Positions 36,584 to 47,248 are shown, numbered from the stretch's first letter. The stretch is 64,000 nucleotides of DNA from Candidatus Latescibacterota bacterium (GCA_965237675.1 OZ250150.1:768001-832000); one strand, 5' to 3'. Made by a program: numbers and translations. Notes: a model not told the origin generated them from the letters alone.

Positions 36584-38740
36584 TCAGAGCCCAATCTCCT
36601 GGGTCGGTTGGTTTGAGATGGCGATGCTCCGCCCGTTTACCGTCAGGTGGCTGCCGCGCTGAACGAAGGCTTTCACGGGGCGGCCGTTCTGAAATTCGAT
36701 GGCGGCGGTGTGACCCGAGAAGGAGACTCCATTGGCCGAGACGGTGATGCCGGGAGCGCCATGGAACACGAGGTGGTGGTGGTCCCCCGTAGTGATTTGC
36801 AGCGCGCGAGGCAAAATCGGAGATTCGGCACGGCCCTCAATCTGACACTCGAGCGTCGTGACGCTCGCACCGGGACGCATGCCCTGATACGGCATCAGGA
36901 GGACGTCGAATGGGACGACGGGCTCCACAACGCCCCAGCCTCGAAGGGCGATGAAATACCGATCCGGCCACGGCGTGGAGGGCGGGTCGCCGGAGTAAAC
37001 CGGGATTTCCCGTATCATTTCTTCCAGGTAGTCGATTCCGGCGTACCCGTATTTGAGCTGTCTGGGGTTCGCGGGCGCAACGAGAAGGCCGGCGTCATCA
37101 CCTTCGGCAGCGGCGACAGTACCGTGTGTGGTGAAGGGAAAGACGCTATGTAAGTACCAGAGCGCGCTTCTCCGACGATGGGAGCACGCGACGGCGTCAG
37201 ATACCAAGAAACCCCATGGTTTCAAAAAGAGGATGCGGCGTTCGATGGTGACTTCCGCGCTGGCTTCGTACGCGCGGTGCCTGCCGGAGAAGAAATCGAA
37301 GGAAACGGTGCTGCCGAACTGGATGTGCTCGCCGCGGATTTCAGGGCGGGCGGAAGGAGCCCCTTCGACGACGACGTGGTTGTGCGCCTGCTCCGATCGG
37401 AAGTACATGTCCCACGGGGCATCGTAGGGGCCGAAACGGGAGACTTCGGCAACAAGGGGGATACCGCCGGCGTAGAGGTTGATGTCCAGTATGCCCATGT
37501 GGCTGTGGCCGCCGGGCCATTGCCCGTGGTTGACGAGCATGAAGGTGTCCTCCGGCTCCCAGCCGGAGCGCATCACGCAGAATTCGCTGGACTCCAGGCG
37601 CAGGCTCTCAAAACCGGGTTTGCGGGGTGCAGGGTCGATCGCGTCCAGATTGTGGCGGATGGGCCACAGATACGCGGCGTCTCCGGTGAAGGCGCCTGCC
37701 TGTTTCAGAAGCTCCGTCCCATCCATGAAGCTGCCGTCGTTGATACCCGGCAGTTCGCCCCCGGGTCCGGCCATCTTGAGGAACCAGGCGTAGGCATTTG
37801 AGGTGCGCTCCCGCCAATCCAGGGTCTGAGGCGGCAGGAGATCCGGGTTGGCCTCGGCCAGGAGGGTGGCCTCTTCCAGGTGGCGCAGGCAGCCGCTTCC
37901 GTAGGAATAACAACGTTCGCTGTGGCCGCCGTCTGCGTAATAATCCTTCTCCATGTGCTGCTCGAGGTAGTGCGCACCGACGGTACGGAAGGCGTTGGCT
38001 TCAAGGAATTCAGGCAGAAGAAAACCAATGATGAGCATAGCCGAGATGCCATGCACCTGCCAATTTCCTGCACGATAGCCCTTGGCATTTTGTTCCATAG
38101 TCAGCCAGCGGCCCGCGCCCAGGAACGACTTGAAGAACAGGCGGACGTGGTCCGCGGAGAGCAGGTGGCCTTTTTCCAGAAGCTTGACGGCGTAGAGGAA
38201 GTTCACGAACCGTTGGCTTCTTACGGAGAGGCCCAGTTCGTAAAAGACCGGATGCATCGGACGGGCGCCTGTGATTTCGTGGCGGACGGCGTACCATTGT
38301 CGGAATATTTCCAGGTAGGATTCGATGTACCGCTCGTCGCCCGTGTCCAGGGCGGCCCGAGATAAACAATCCATCCACCCGAGGTAGTGGAAGCCGTATT
38401 TGGACTGGTCGCCGAACCAGGCGTTAAACTCGACGGGACGGGAGAAGTCGAGTTCTACCTGGCCGAACTGCCAGCGCCCGCCGTTGAGGATGGTGTCGGC
38501 CAGGTCCCGGTTGGCGGCGATTCTCGGCCGGAGTTCGTCCAGGGAATGCGCGAAGGGGTTGACCGGTTTACCTCGAGCCAGAAAATGCCGCCACCAGGCG
38601 TCGAATGCCTCGTCGTAACGCCTCGAATCCGCGGCCGCGCGGATCTTCTCAAGGCCGGGGCGGTCCGTATCCAGGGCTTCGAAGAATGAGGCGTCGGTAA
38701 TGTGAACGATCCTGTCGGGGAATTCGTCGTGATGGAACAT
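36584..38740 (-). CDS. Heparinase II/III / alginate-lyase-like protein
   Basis: GNWQ, DGGHSERCYSY, PGINDG, MRSGW, GHSHMG, AHNHVVV. Confidence 0.85.
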   Translation of the reverse strand: MFHHDEFPDRIVHITDASFFEALDTDRPGLEKIRAAADSRRYDEAFDAWWRHFLARGKPVNPFAHSLDELRPRIAANRDLADTILNGGRWQFGQVELDFSRPVEFNAWFGDQSKYGFHYLGWMDCLSRAALDTGDERYIESYLEIFRQWYAVRHEITGARPMHPVFYELGLSVRSQRFVNFLYAVKLLEKGHLLSADHVRLFFKSFLGAGRWLTMEQNAKGYRAGNWQVHGISAMLIIGFLLPEFLEANAFRTVGAHYLEQHMEKDYYADGGHSERCYSYGSGCLRHLEEATLLAEANPDLLPPQTLDWRERTSNAYAWFLKMAGPGGELPGINDGSFMDGTELLKQAGAFTGDAAYLWPIRHNLDAIDPAPRKPGFESLRLESSEFCVMRSGWEPEDTFMLVNHGQWPGGHSHMGILDINLYAGGIPLVAEVSRFGPYDAPWDMYFRSEQAHNHVVVEGAPSARPEIRGEHIQFGSTVSFDFFSGRHRAYEASAEVTIERRILFLKPWGFLVSDAVACSHRRRSALWYLHSVFPFTTHGTVAAAEGDDAGLLVAPANPRQLKYGYAGIDYLEEMIREIPVYSGDPPSTPWPDRYFIALRGWGVVEPVVPFDVLLMPYQGMRPGASVTTLECQIEGRAESPILPRALQITTGDHHHLVFHGAPGITVSANGVSFSGHTAAIEFQNGRPVKAFVQRGSHLTVNGRSIAISNQPTQEIGL

Positions 38741-38843
38741 GAGGTCTCCTCTGGTAGACGAAAACGCGCCATCTGCCGGGGCGCAAGCATACCGTATGAC
38801 GATATGATACCCACGGTGGTGGCAACCGGAAGTACCCGCCGGT

Positions 38844-39746
38844 CTACGGCTGGAAAGGTCGGCCGGTTCTTTTCAGGTCTTTCGTAATGCCGATCTGGCA
38901 GGTGACGTAGGCGTTTTCTCTACGGAAACCCTGCGTGTTCAGTTGCCCGGCGGCGTACCCCGGGCGGGCGTCACCGATGGTGCCGACAATGAGGTTGGCG
39001 TGTTCCACGGTTGTGGCGTATCGGTCGGCGATAAGACCGACCATGTCAGACCAGGCGATTTTCAAGGCTTCTTCCCAGTTTGCGCCCATGCCGCTGGTGA
39101 GGATTTCGTCGGGGGTTTCCACAACGGGACCGCCGGTGGGAAAGCCGGGGGACCGGTCGAAGCGCAGGGTGAGCGCGGCGTCGATTTCAACGCCGGTGGC
39201 GGTGAGTTCGCCGTCGCCCATGCGGGCGTGGACATCGCCCACATAGAAGTGACCGCCGTATCGCTGAGACCGAATATGTACGGTGCTGCCTGGACAGATG
39301 GTGTTGTAGTCCATATTGCCGCCGTGGTTCCACGGTCCCGTGTGTTCGGAGACCGGCGCCAGTTGGATGACGCCGATCATGGGGCGGGCCGGGACCACGA
39401 AGTCCGGCGGGAAGTGCAGGAGCCCGTCTCTGACGGGGGCGACGGAGCGAAGGCTGCCGCGAAACGGCCCGCCGTTGTTGTAATAGCCGTAGGGACCCAC
39501 CTCGATGTCGATGACTTCAATGGAAACCCAGTCGCCGGGGACGATACCGTCGATGAGAAACGGGCCTCCCTGGCGTGAGCCGCGCGGCGTGGTGGTTTCC
39601 GGAATGACGCCGGGCTTGAGGTCCCCGTCGGCCCCGCCGGGCGTCTCGATGACAAGGGTTTCCCCGAGTTCGATCGTGCCGCGAACCTGGCCTCGCTCCA
39701 AGGCTTCGGACCCTGTCAGATAAGGTTCTCGGGTAAAACGGCGCAT
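38844..39746 (-). CDS. Acetamidase/formamidase family protein
   Basis: GPFLIDG..PGD, PMIGVI, HGGNMD, VGDVHARMGDGE. Confidence 0.9.
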   Translation of the reverse strand: MRRFTREPYLTGSEALERGQVRGTIELGETLVIETPGGADGDLKPGVIPETTTPRGSRQGGPFLIDGIVPGDWVSIEVIDIEVGPYGYYNNGGPFRGSLRSVAPVRDGLLHFPPDFVVPARPMIGVIQLAPVSEHTGPWNHGGNMDYNTICPGSTVHIRSQRYGGHFYVGDVHARMGDGELTATGVEIDAALTLRFDRSPGFPTGGPVVETPDEILTSGMGANWEEALKIAWSDMVGLIADRYATTVEHANLIVGTIGDARPGYAAGQLNTQGFRRENAYVTCQIGITKDLKRTGRPFQP

Positions 39747-39971
39747 AGGGAATCTCCTGTTCGGGAGCGCCGAGGCCCTTTTACAACTGCCGTTCCGCAC
39801 CGGCGTCCGGGTGTTCCCGGGGGTCGCGTTCCCCGGGGATCATGTTGACTCGGGTGAAACTGTAAACGCGTCGAAACCACTTGATAAACCGGTCTTGGAG
39901 AGGCATAATAGGTATTGAGAATCGGGGCGTCAAGGTTTTGAAGCAGGGACCCATGAATAGGAGCGGTGGAC

Positions 39972-40751
39972 ATGCGGATCGACGCGCATATGCACGTCGC
40001 GGGAAATCTGGCGTCGGTGGGCTGGCGGGGCAAGTGGACGGATGACCGCGCGGTCATCGAGGCGGCTGATCGGCTGGAGATCGACCAGCTTTGCTGTTCG
40101 ATACCGATTCAGGGTTTGAATACCGCCCGGACGGACGGAATGCGCGAGGTGAACGATAGCGTCCTGTACGCCATGCGGCGGTTTCCCGGGCGCATTCTCG
40201 GATATGTATTTCTGGACCCCCGGTTTCAATACGAGGCACGAAATGAGATCGACCGGTGTATTCTGAATCACGGGATGATGGGAGTGAAGCTCTATAATCA
40301 ATGTAAGTGCTGGGATCCCCTGGTGTTGCCGATCGTGGAGCGGTGCATCGATCTGGGGGTGCCGATTCTGCACCACGGGGGAAAGCAGACGCCGGTCTCC
40401 GGCAGGCCGTGGCAACGCAATCGCTCGGATAGCGGGGATTTCGCGCGGCTCGCTCGCAGGTATCCCGAAGCCGTTATTATTGAAGGGCATCCCATTGTGG
40501 GAGACTGGGAATGGGCGATCAAGACACTGCGGGAAGTCCCGAATGTGTACGTGGATACGAGCGGTAGCCTGAACGACGACGGTTTTGTTGAAATGGCGGT
40601 GCGCCAACTGGGGGCGGGTCGCGTGCTGTTCGCGACGGACGTGGCGATGGAGGCCGGGGTGGGCAAGGTGCTGGGTGCCGCAATTACGGACAGACAACGC
40701 GCGAGGATCTTCGGAGAAAACATGAGACGAATTCTGCAACATCGAGTGTAA
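39972..40751 (+). CDS. Amidohydrolase family 2 protein
   Basis: IDAHMH, GVKLY, PILHH, GH, VYVDTSG, VLFATD. Confidence 0.9.
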   Translation: MRIDAHMHVAGNLASVGWRGKWTDDRAVIEAADRLEIDQLCCSIPIQGLNTARTDGMREVNDSVLYAMRRFPGRILGYVFLDPRFQYEARNEIDRCILNHGMMGVKLYNQCKCWDPLVLPIVERCIDLGVPILHHGGKQTPVSGRPWQRNRSDSGDFARLARRYPEAVIIEGHPIVGDWEWAIKTLREVPNVYVDTSGSLNDDGFVEMAVRQLGAGRVLFATDVAMEAGVGKVLGAAITDRQRARIFGENMRRILQHRV

Positions 40752-40769
40752 CTATTGAACAGGAAGCGC

Positions 40770-40797
40770 TTGACGGTACATCGTTTTTGTTTATATT
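40770..40797 (+). promoter_or_regulatory. Sigma70-like promoter upstream of the radical SAM gene
   Basis: TTGACG-16 bp-TATATT. Confidence 0.5.
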
Positions 40798-40906
40798 CCT
40801 TTTGCCTCACTCCTGAAGAAGCGTATTAATTCGTTGTTCCGGTGTAAGCTTACGTTACATAATGCGGCAACAGGGTCGTTGCTGGATATAATGAAGGGAT
40901 CTACAG

Positions 40907-42844
40907 ATGAGTTATCGTGACCGCGTCGTTTCAGGGGCTGCCAACGTCGCCTGGAATGTCTTCCAGAGCGTGAATACGCGGCTTCCCGAAAGCCAGCCAT
41001 TTCAACCTGCCTGGGCTTCGGCGCCGCTGTTGAAGAGTTATCAGCGTTCCATGCCGACACTGGGTTTTCCACGCCAGACCGACTCGCTCTGCCCGGATTG
41101 CGTGAAGGAGGTACGGACCGCCATTATCGAAGGCCGGCGGGACGTCTCGGAACTGGTACACGGAAACCCCGGAGAGATCCGTGCACAGATCCTGGAAGAG
41201 AACGGATGTATTGTGATGCGCAAGACCTGTACGGTCCACGGCACCTACGAAGACGTTTTATCAATCGATCCGGAGTTTACACGCCTTATCGAGGCCAGGT
41301 TTCCAGGGCGCGATTACCGCACCTGGGGAGATGCGCATGTGCACCGGCACGGTACCTCCAGCATAAAATACGGGCGGGGGGCCGTACTGACGATCGACCT
41401 GACGAACCGCTGCAATATGATGTGCAATCCCTGTTTTATGGACGCGAACCAGGTGGGTTATGTCCATGAATTGACAATGGACGACGTGAAACGGATCCTG
41501 GATGCATCGATTTCCTTTAAGCCGCGCCGGCAGATGTCGGTACAATTCTCGGGCGGAGAACCCACGATTTCACCGCATTTTCTCGATGCGTGCCGGTATG
41601 CCAAAGAGGTCGGCTATTGGTGTGTGCAGGCCGCAACCAACGGGCTGCGCTTTGCCGAAGAACCGGATTTTGCCTTCGAGGCGAAGGCGGCCGGTTTCGA
41701 CATGGCGTACCTGCAGTTCGACGGCGTAACGAATGCGGCCAACCAGCATCGGCACATTTCCAATCTGTTCGACGCCAAGCTGTTGGCAATGGAGAACCTC
41801 TCCCGCGCCGGAATCGATATCACGCCGGTCACGACGGTTCTGAATACCATCAACAACGATCAGGTCGGGCCGATCCTCCAATTCTGCATCGACAACAGCG
41901 ACAAGGTCGGCTCAGTCTCCTTCCAACCCGTGTCATTTACCGGGCGGGACGAAGATATATCCGACGAGATGCGATACCGCCAACGCTACACCATTGCCCA
42001 CCTCGCTCACGATCTGCAGACGTGGTCCGAGGGGAAAATCGACGCCCACCGGGATTGGTACCCGCTGGGGGCGGGGACGCTGTTTACCACGCTTGCCGAC
42101 CATTTGCGCGGGCAGGACGTCGAATTCGGCGGTCAGACATGCTCCTGTCACCCCAACTGCGGTTCCGCGGCCCATATTATCGTGAATGAGAAGACCAGGC
42201 AGTGGGCGTCCATCACCGAGTTCTTCAATCAGGGACAGTTTATGAAGGACATCGAAGTGATGACCGATACCGCGCGGGACCCCAAATGGATCAAGGTCCA
42301 GGTCGGCATGTCGCTGCTTCGGAATTTCAACCCCAAGAGAGCGCCGGCCGGGTTTGGCCTTCAAGATCTTGCGCGGATTCTGGACCGCAGAGTGGGGGGT
42401 TCCATCAGCGGCGGTCCGAGGCCGGCCGACAGGCAATGGCGCATCATGTGGGTAGGCGGAATGTGGTTCCAGGATCTGTGGACCTACGATTTCCGCCGAA
42501 CCGAAATGTGTGTGATCCCGTACGGCACCCAGGAGGGCGAGATCTCCTTCTGTGCGTATAACACCGGAGTCGGCTGGCGTCAGATTATAGAGAATATGCA
42601 TATGACCGCCACAACGGCCAGTTGGTTCAAATCCAAAGGCCGGCACCCCATCTACGCGGGCGACCGCGACATGCCGCTTCCGGAGACGGACCACACGCTG
42701 CGAGTCCGGGAGACGGAAACCGGCGAACTCGAGCTTCCGGTCATAAACGACAGCCAGGGGGGCAACGGGTGCTGCGGTTCCGAAGAGGACACCATTCGAA
42801 AGATCATTGCCGCACCCGAAGCGCGGGAGCCGGTGGCCTCCTGA
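40907..42844 (+). CDS. Radical SAM enzyme, tetraether lipid synthase (Tes/GDGT-MAS, MJ0619) family homologue
   Basis: N-terminal SLCPDC...KTCTVHG metal site; NRCNMMCNPCF radical-SAM motif; SGGEPT; YLQFDG; auxiliary CSCHPNCG, CVIPY and ISFCAYN cysteines. Confidence 0.85.
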   Translation: MSYRDRVVSGAANVAWNVFQSVNTRLPESQPFQPAWASAPLLKSYQRSMPTLGFPRQTDSLCPDCVKEVRTAIIEGRRDVSELVHGNPGEIRAQILEENGCIVMRKTCTVHGTYEDVLSIDPEFTRLIEARFPGRDYRTWGDAHVHRHGTSSIKYGRGAVLTIDLTNRCNMMCNPCFMDANQVGYVHELTMDDVKRILDASISFKPRRQMSVQFSGGEPTISPHFLDACRYAKEVGYWCVQAATNGLRFAEEPDFAFEAKAAGFDMAYLQFDGVTNAANQHRHISNLFDAKLLAMENLSRAGIDITPVTTVLNTINNDQVGPILQFCIDNSDKVGSVSFQPVSFTGRDEDISDEMRYRQRYTIAHLAHDLQTWSEGKIDAHRDWYPLGAGTLFTTLADHLRGQDVEFGGQTCSCHPNCGSAAHIIVNEKTRQWASITEFFNQGQFMKDIEVMTDTARDPKWIKVQVGMSLLRNFNPKRAPAGFGLQDLARILDRRVGGSISGGPRPADRQWRIMWVGGMWFQDLWTYDFRRTEMCVIPYGTQEGEISFCAYNTGVGWRQIIENMHMTATTASWFKSKGRHPIYAGDRDMPLPETDHTLRVRETETGELELPVINDSQGGNGCCGSEEDTIRKIIAAPEAREPVAS

Positions 42845-42870
42845 CAGTACCGCCCACAGACGTCGAACCG

Positions 42871-42902
42871 ATCCGGGCAGGAGTTGTGTCCGGATTTTTT
42901 TC
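42871..42902 (+). terminator. Intrinsic terminator after the radical SAM gene
   Basis: ATCCGGGCA-loop-TGTCCGGAT followed by a T run. Confidence 0.7.
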
Positions 42903-43057
42903 GGGGTTCAGGTTTCTCATGCGCCGGCGCGCGAATACCCGCGGGAGCCCAGCGTCAATTCGAGTCGGAAACAGGGAGGTACGTCAGACCGCGGTAAGTT
43001 TCGGGTTTCGCGGAAGGCGGTCCCTCGCCGCACCACGCCGGAGCTACGGCAAACGGA

Positions 43058-43086
43058 TTGACAAATCTGCGACAAATATGTATCAT
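43058..43086 (+). promoter_or_regulatory. Sigma70 promoter of tig-clpP-clpX
   Basis: TTGACA-17 bp-TATCAT. Confidence 0.75.
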
Positions 43087-43139
43087 TCGCGTTTGGATCG
43101 TTCCGAGATTGACGGCGACAATATCGACCCGTTGGAAGG

Positions 43140-44459
43140 ATGCCGGACGTTATGACGGTGACCGTTTCAGAGTCGGGTACGTGGCACAGGACGCTCGAGG
43201 TCGAGGTACCCGGCGAGGATGTGCGCCGACGAATCGAGACCGCATATAAGAAATACAGTAAAACGTTGAGTTTGCCCGGTTTTCGCAAAGGAAAAATTCC
43301 TGTAAATCTGATCAAGAAGCGATTTGGAAAGATGATTCAGGGCGAGGTTCTGCAGGAGGTGATGCAGGAGTACTACCGGGAGGCCAGCAAATCCGAGGGG
43401 TTGACTCCGATCACGGAAGCCACCATCGAGGACGTCAACTACGAGGACGGGCAGCCGCTGACGTTCAAGGCGTCCGTGGATGTAAAGCCGGAGATCCTTG
43501 TCCAGGACTATAAGGGCCTGAAAGCCACTCGCCCGGTGTTCGAAGTCGCCGATGCCGATGTGGCGGAGCAACTCCAGCGTGTGCAGGAGCAGAATGCCAC
43601 GGAGCAGGAGGTCGACCGGCCTGCCGCATTGGGCGACATGGTCGTTGCCGATCTGCAGGAACTGGATGAGAACGGGCTGCCGATTATCGGTCGCAAACAG
43701 GAAGAACGCCCGTTTCATATTGGAGGCCGGAATGCCAATCACGACCTCGACAACCAGTTGGTGGGCATTTCCACGGGCGAAACCCGCCAGATTCGTCTGA
43801 CTCATACGGAGGAGGTCGAACACGACGCCCACACTCACGGTTCACACCACCAGGAGGGCCGGGAGATTCGCCTGATGTTTTCCGCCAGGGAGGTCCGGGA
43901 ACGCAAGCTGCCGGAATTGGACGATGAATTCGCCCGGGACCAGGGTCAGTTCGCGTCGCTGGACGAACTCAAGGCTCAGATCCGGAAGGATCTACAGGCG
44001 CAGGCCAATTTCGGCTCCCGGCGCTACCTAGAAGGCCACATTGTAGACGAACTGATTCGAAAGAACGGTTTTGATCTGCCTGAGATCATGGTGGAGAACG
44101 CTCTGGACACGCTGCTGGAAGACCACAAGAAGGAACACGAAGGGCACGATCACGATATCGATGAAGAGGCGTTTCGCCGGGAAAGCCGGGAGGGCACCAT
44201 TCGCGGGTTGAAGCGTCATATACTATTGGAGGCGATTCAGAAGCAGGAAGACCTGGTGGTGGAAGAGGCGGAGATGGACCGTCACCTCGACACGATGTCG
44301 CGTCGATATAATACGGAACGTGAGCAACTCCGCCAGATACTGAAGCGGTCGGATCAGATCGAAAAAATCGAATCGAACCTGCTCACGGAAAAGGCGTTTG
44401 ATTTTCTGATTCAACATGCAGAAATTGAAGATGTTAAGGAGAAATCGGATCGCCTGTGA
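43140..44459 (+). CDS. tig: Trigger factor
   Basis: LPGFRKGKIP ribosome-binding motif, LPELDDEFA; position upstream of clpP-clpX. Confidence 0.95.
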   Translation: MPDVMTVTVSESGTWHRTLEVEVPGEDVRRRIETAYKKYSKTLSLPGFRKGKIPVNLIKKRFGKMIQGEVLQEVMQEYYREASKSEGLTPITEATIEDVNYEDGQPLTFKASVDVKPEILVQDYKGLKATRPVFEVADADVAEQLQRVQEQNATEQEVDRPAALGDMVVADLQELDENGLPIIGRKQEERPFHIGGRNANHDLDNQLVGISTGETRQIRLTHTEEVEHDAHTHGSHHQEGREIRLMFSAREVRERKLPELDDEFARDQGQFASLDELKAQIRKDLQAQANFGSRRYLEGHIVDELIRKNGFDLPEIMVENALDTLLEDHKKEHEGHDHDIDEEAFRRESREGTIRGLKRHILLEAIQKQEDLVVEEAEMDRHLDTMSRRYNTEREQLRQILKRSDQIEKIESNLLTEKAFDFLIQHAEIEDVKEKSDRL

Positions 44460-44499
44460 CAGGGATCCGGGATCGGAAAGCGAGGGAGAATAGACGCTT

Positions 44500-45114
44500 A
44501 TGGCACTTGTACCCATGGTATTGGAACAGACGGGGCGCGGCGAACGGTCCTACGATATTTTCTCGCGTCTTCTTGCGGATAATATTATTTTTATCGGGTT
44601 CCCCATTAACGACACCATTGCAAACCTGGTGATTGCGCAGATGCTGTTCTGCAGTTCGGATTCACCGGATAAGTCGATTCGGCTGTACATCAATTCGCCC
44701 GGTGGCAGCATAACGGCGGGGCTGGCCATTTACGATACCATGCAATACGTGCCCAACGAAGTCGAAACGGTGTGCGTCGGGCAGGCGTTCAGCATCGCCG
44801 CCGTGTTGCTCTCGGGAGGCACCAAGGGGGAGCGGTACGCGTTGCCGAATTCACGCATCCTGGTCCATCAGCCCATCGGCGGCGCGGGTGGACAGGCTTC
44901 GGACGTGGAACGCCACGCCAAGGAGATTCTCCAATGGCGGGACCGGCTCAATGAGATTCTGGCGGAGCAGACCGGACAACCGATCGAACGCATTGCCAAA
45001 GATGCCGACCGGGATTTCTTTATGTCGGCCGAAGAGGCACGTAACTACGGTCTGATCGATGAGATGCTGGTTCCCAGTAAGGAAGACGCCCTCGTGATCG
45101 AAGACGACGAGTAG
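44500..45114 (+). CDS. clpP: ATP-dependent Clp protease proteolytic subunit
   Basis: [36 protein letters not shown]. Confidence 0.97.
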   Translation: MALVPMVLEQTGRGERSYDIFSRLLADNIIFIGFPINDTIANLVIAQMLFCSSDSPDKSIRLYINSPGGSITAGLAIYDTMQYVPNEVETVCVGQAFSIAAVLLSGGTKGERYALPNSRILVHQPIGGAGGQASDVERHAKEILQWRDRLNEILAEQTGQPIERIAKDADRDFFMSAEEARNYGLIDEMLVPSKEDALVIEDDE

Positions 45115-45175
45115 ACCGCGCCGGGGTGGCGGCGAAATCGCCGGATATCAGCCTTCGCGGTATCCTGGATGACAT

Positions 45176-46417
45176 ATGAAACGACGAACTTCAAGGACCG
45201 ACGTCCAGTGCTCTTTCTGTGGCAAGGGCAACGACCAGGTCGACAAGATCATTACGGGAACTTCGGTGCACATTTGCAGCGATTGCGTCAAGCTGTGCAG
45301 CGAAGTACTGCAGGAGGATGCCAGGCAAAAGCCGGTATCATCCCTCCAGAAGCTGCCCAAACCGACGACCATCAAGACCCGGCTCGACGACTATGTGATC
45401 GGGCAGGAGGCGGCCAAGCGTACACTTTCCGTTGCCGTTTACAATCACTATAAACGGATCCGGTCCCGGGTGGCTGCGGACGACGTTGAACTCGAAAAGA
45501 GCAATATACTGCTGGTCGGGCCCACCGGCACCGGGAAGACCCTGCTGGCCCAGACGCTCGCACGCATTCTGGATGTTCCGTTTTCCATTGCGGACGCAAC
45601 AATTCTTACGGAAGCGGGATACGTGGGCGAAGACGTGGAGAATATCCTGGTTCGTCTGTTGCAGGCGGCAGATTACGACGTGGCGCAGGCGGAGATGGGC
45701 ATTCTCTACCTGGACGAAGTGGATAAGGTTTCGAGGAAGTCAGCCAATCCGTCAATTACCCGTGACGTATCCGGGGAAGGTGTGCAACAGGCCCTGCTGA
45801 AGATTCTGGAGGGCACCGTCGCCAGCATACCCCCGAAGGGTGGACGTAAACATCCCGAGCAGCCCCTGATCCAGCTGAATACGCGGAATATACTGTTTAT
45901 CTGCGGCGGGGCATTCAACGGCCTGGAAGAAATCATCAGCAACCGGATCGGAAAAAAGACAATCGGTTTTGGCGCGAAGAACGGCCCCCATGAAAAACGG
46001 AACGCGGGCGCGTTGTTTGGAGACGTGGAACCGGAGGATCTCATCAAATACGGCCTGATTCCCGAACTGGTCGGGCGGCTGCCCATCTCCTGTTCCCTCA
46101 ACGATCTCGATGAGCCGGCGTTGTACAAGATTCTGACAGAGCCGAAGAATGCGATTATCAAACAGTACCAGAAACTCTTCGAAATGGATGGCGTCGACCT
46201 GGAATTCGAAGATGCGGCCCTGAACGAGGTGGTACGGCGAACCGTGCAGAAGGGCACGGGCGCCAGGGGCCTGCGATCCGTTCTGGAGGACATCATGATC
46301 GATCTGATGTACGACATTCCTTCCAATCGGGACCGAAAGCCGGTTGTGATCACAAAGGAGATGGTTGCCGGCAGGTTCAAACCCCAGCTTCACATCGAAG
46401 AGAAAAAGAGCGCATAG
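45176..46417 (+). CDS. clpX: ATP-dependent Clp protease ATP-binding subunit
   Basis: CSFCGK...CSDC Zn finger, [27 protein letters not shown] loop. Confidence 0.98.
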   Translation: MKRRTSRTDVQCSFCGKGNDQVDKIITGTSVHICSDCVKLCSEVLQEDARQKPVSSLQKLPKPTTIKTRLDDYVIGQEAAKRTLSVAVYNHYKRIRSRVAADDVELEKSNILLVGPTGTGKTLLAQTLARILDVPFSIADATILTEAGYVGEDVENILVRLLQAADYDVAQAEMGILYLDEVDKVSRKSANPSITRDVSGEGVQQALLKILEGTVASIPPKGGRKHPEQPLIQLNTRNILFICGGAFNGLEEIISNRIGKKTIGFGAKNGPHEKRNAGALFGDVEPEDLIKYGLIPELVGRLPISCSLNDLDEPALYKILTEPKNAIIKQYQKLFEMDGVDLEFEDAALNEVVRRTVQKGTGARGLRSVLEDIMIDLMYDIPSNRDRKPVVITKEMVAGRFKPQLHIEEKKSA

Positions 46418-46577
46418 TGTTCTGTCCCGGAAATAGATTGCCGTAATTCGGCCGCCGAGTCGCCCGGCTGGCAAGGCGCCTGAGCGAGGCGACCTGCGCA
46501 AGGTCGGCGAGCGAGGGGAACGCTGCGAGACGGGATGAATCGGCGGATGGATGGTGACATATTTCTGGGACGGGACA
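46415..46577. mobile_element. MITE family A copy 3, starting at the clpX TAG stop
   Basis: Ends TAGTGTTCTGTCCCGGAAATAG and CATATTTCTGGGACGGGACA. Confidence 0.85.
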
Positions 46578-46660
46578 AAAGTTGGGTTTCACCCTTCGTG
46601 CGCCTTCGGAACCGGGGTCCATAGCCCCGGTTTTCTATGTGTCTACCCCGGTTACCCGTT

Positions 46661-47248
46661 ATGCAGATCCGTTCCGCCGATTTTGTCACCAGCGTCGCCC
46701 ATCCCGACCGTCTTCCGATGGAAGGACTGCCGGAAATTGCGTTTGCCGGCCGCTCGAACGTGGGGAAATCCTCCCTGCTGAACCGGCTGTTGAACCGCAG
46801 AAAACTGGCCGGCATCAGCAAAACGCCCGGTAAGACGCGCACCTTGAACTACTACCGGGTCAACGAGACGTTACATTTCGTGGACCTTCCCGGGTATGGT
46901 TACTCAAAACGAGGGCAGCAGGAACGCAGGCAGTGGGCCGACCTGATCAACGGGTATCTGGAGGCCCGGACGTCATTGCGAGGCATATTGCATCTCATGG
47001 ATGCCCGGCACGATCCGACCGCGCGCGACGTGGAGATGGCCGTATGGCTCATGCAGTTCGGCCGGCCGTTTCTCGTGGTTGCCACAAAGGTGGATAAGCT
47101 CTCCGGGAGCCGGCAAAAGTCCCGGCTGGACCGGACGCGAAAACTGCTTTCCCAGCAGGGCGATTTCAATTTCGTATCTTTTTCGGCGGTGTCCGGACAG
47201 GGTCGGCAGGCTGTCTGGAGGTGGATCCGGGATGTCATCGAACAATAA
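46661..47248 (+). CDS. engB: Ribosome biogenesis GTP-binding protein YihA/YsxC
   Basis: GRSNVGKSS, SKTPGKT, DLPGYGY, TKVDK. Confidence 0.95.
   Translation: MQIRSADFVTSVAHPDRLPMEGLPEIAFAGRSNVGKSSLLNRLLNRRKLAGISKTPGKTRTLNYYRVNETLHFVDLPGYGYSKRGQQERRQWADLINGYLEARTSLRGILHLMDARHDPTARDVEMAVWLMQFGRPFLVVATKVDKLSGSRQKSRLDRTRKLLSQQGDFNFVSFSAVSGQGRQAVWRWIRDVIEQ

Noticed and set aside
40907-42844. Annotation as MoaA-like or 7,8-dihydro-6-hydroxymethylpterin dimethyltransferase
   Set aside because: A true moaA is at 51944-52966, and the MJ0619 family has been re-assigned as tetraether lipid synthase.
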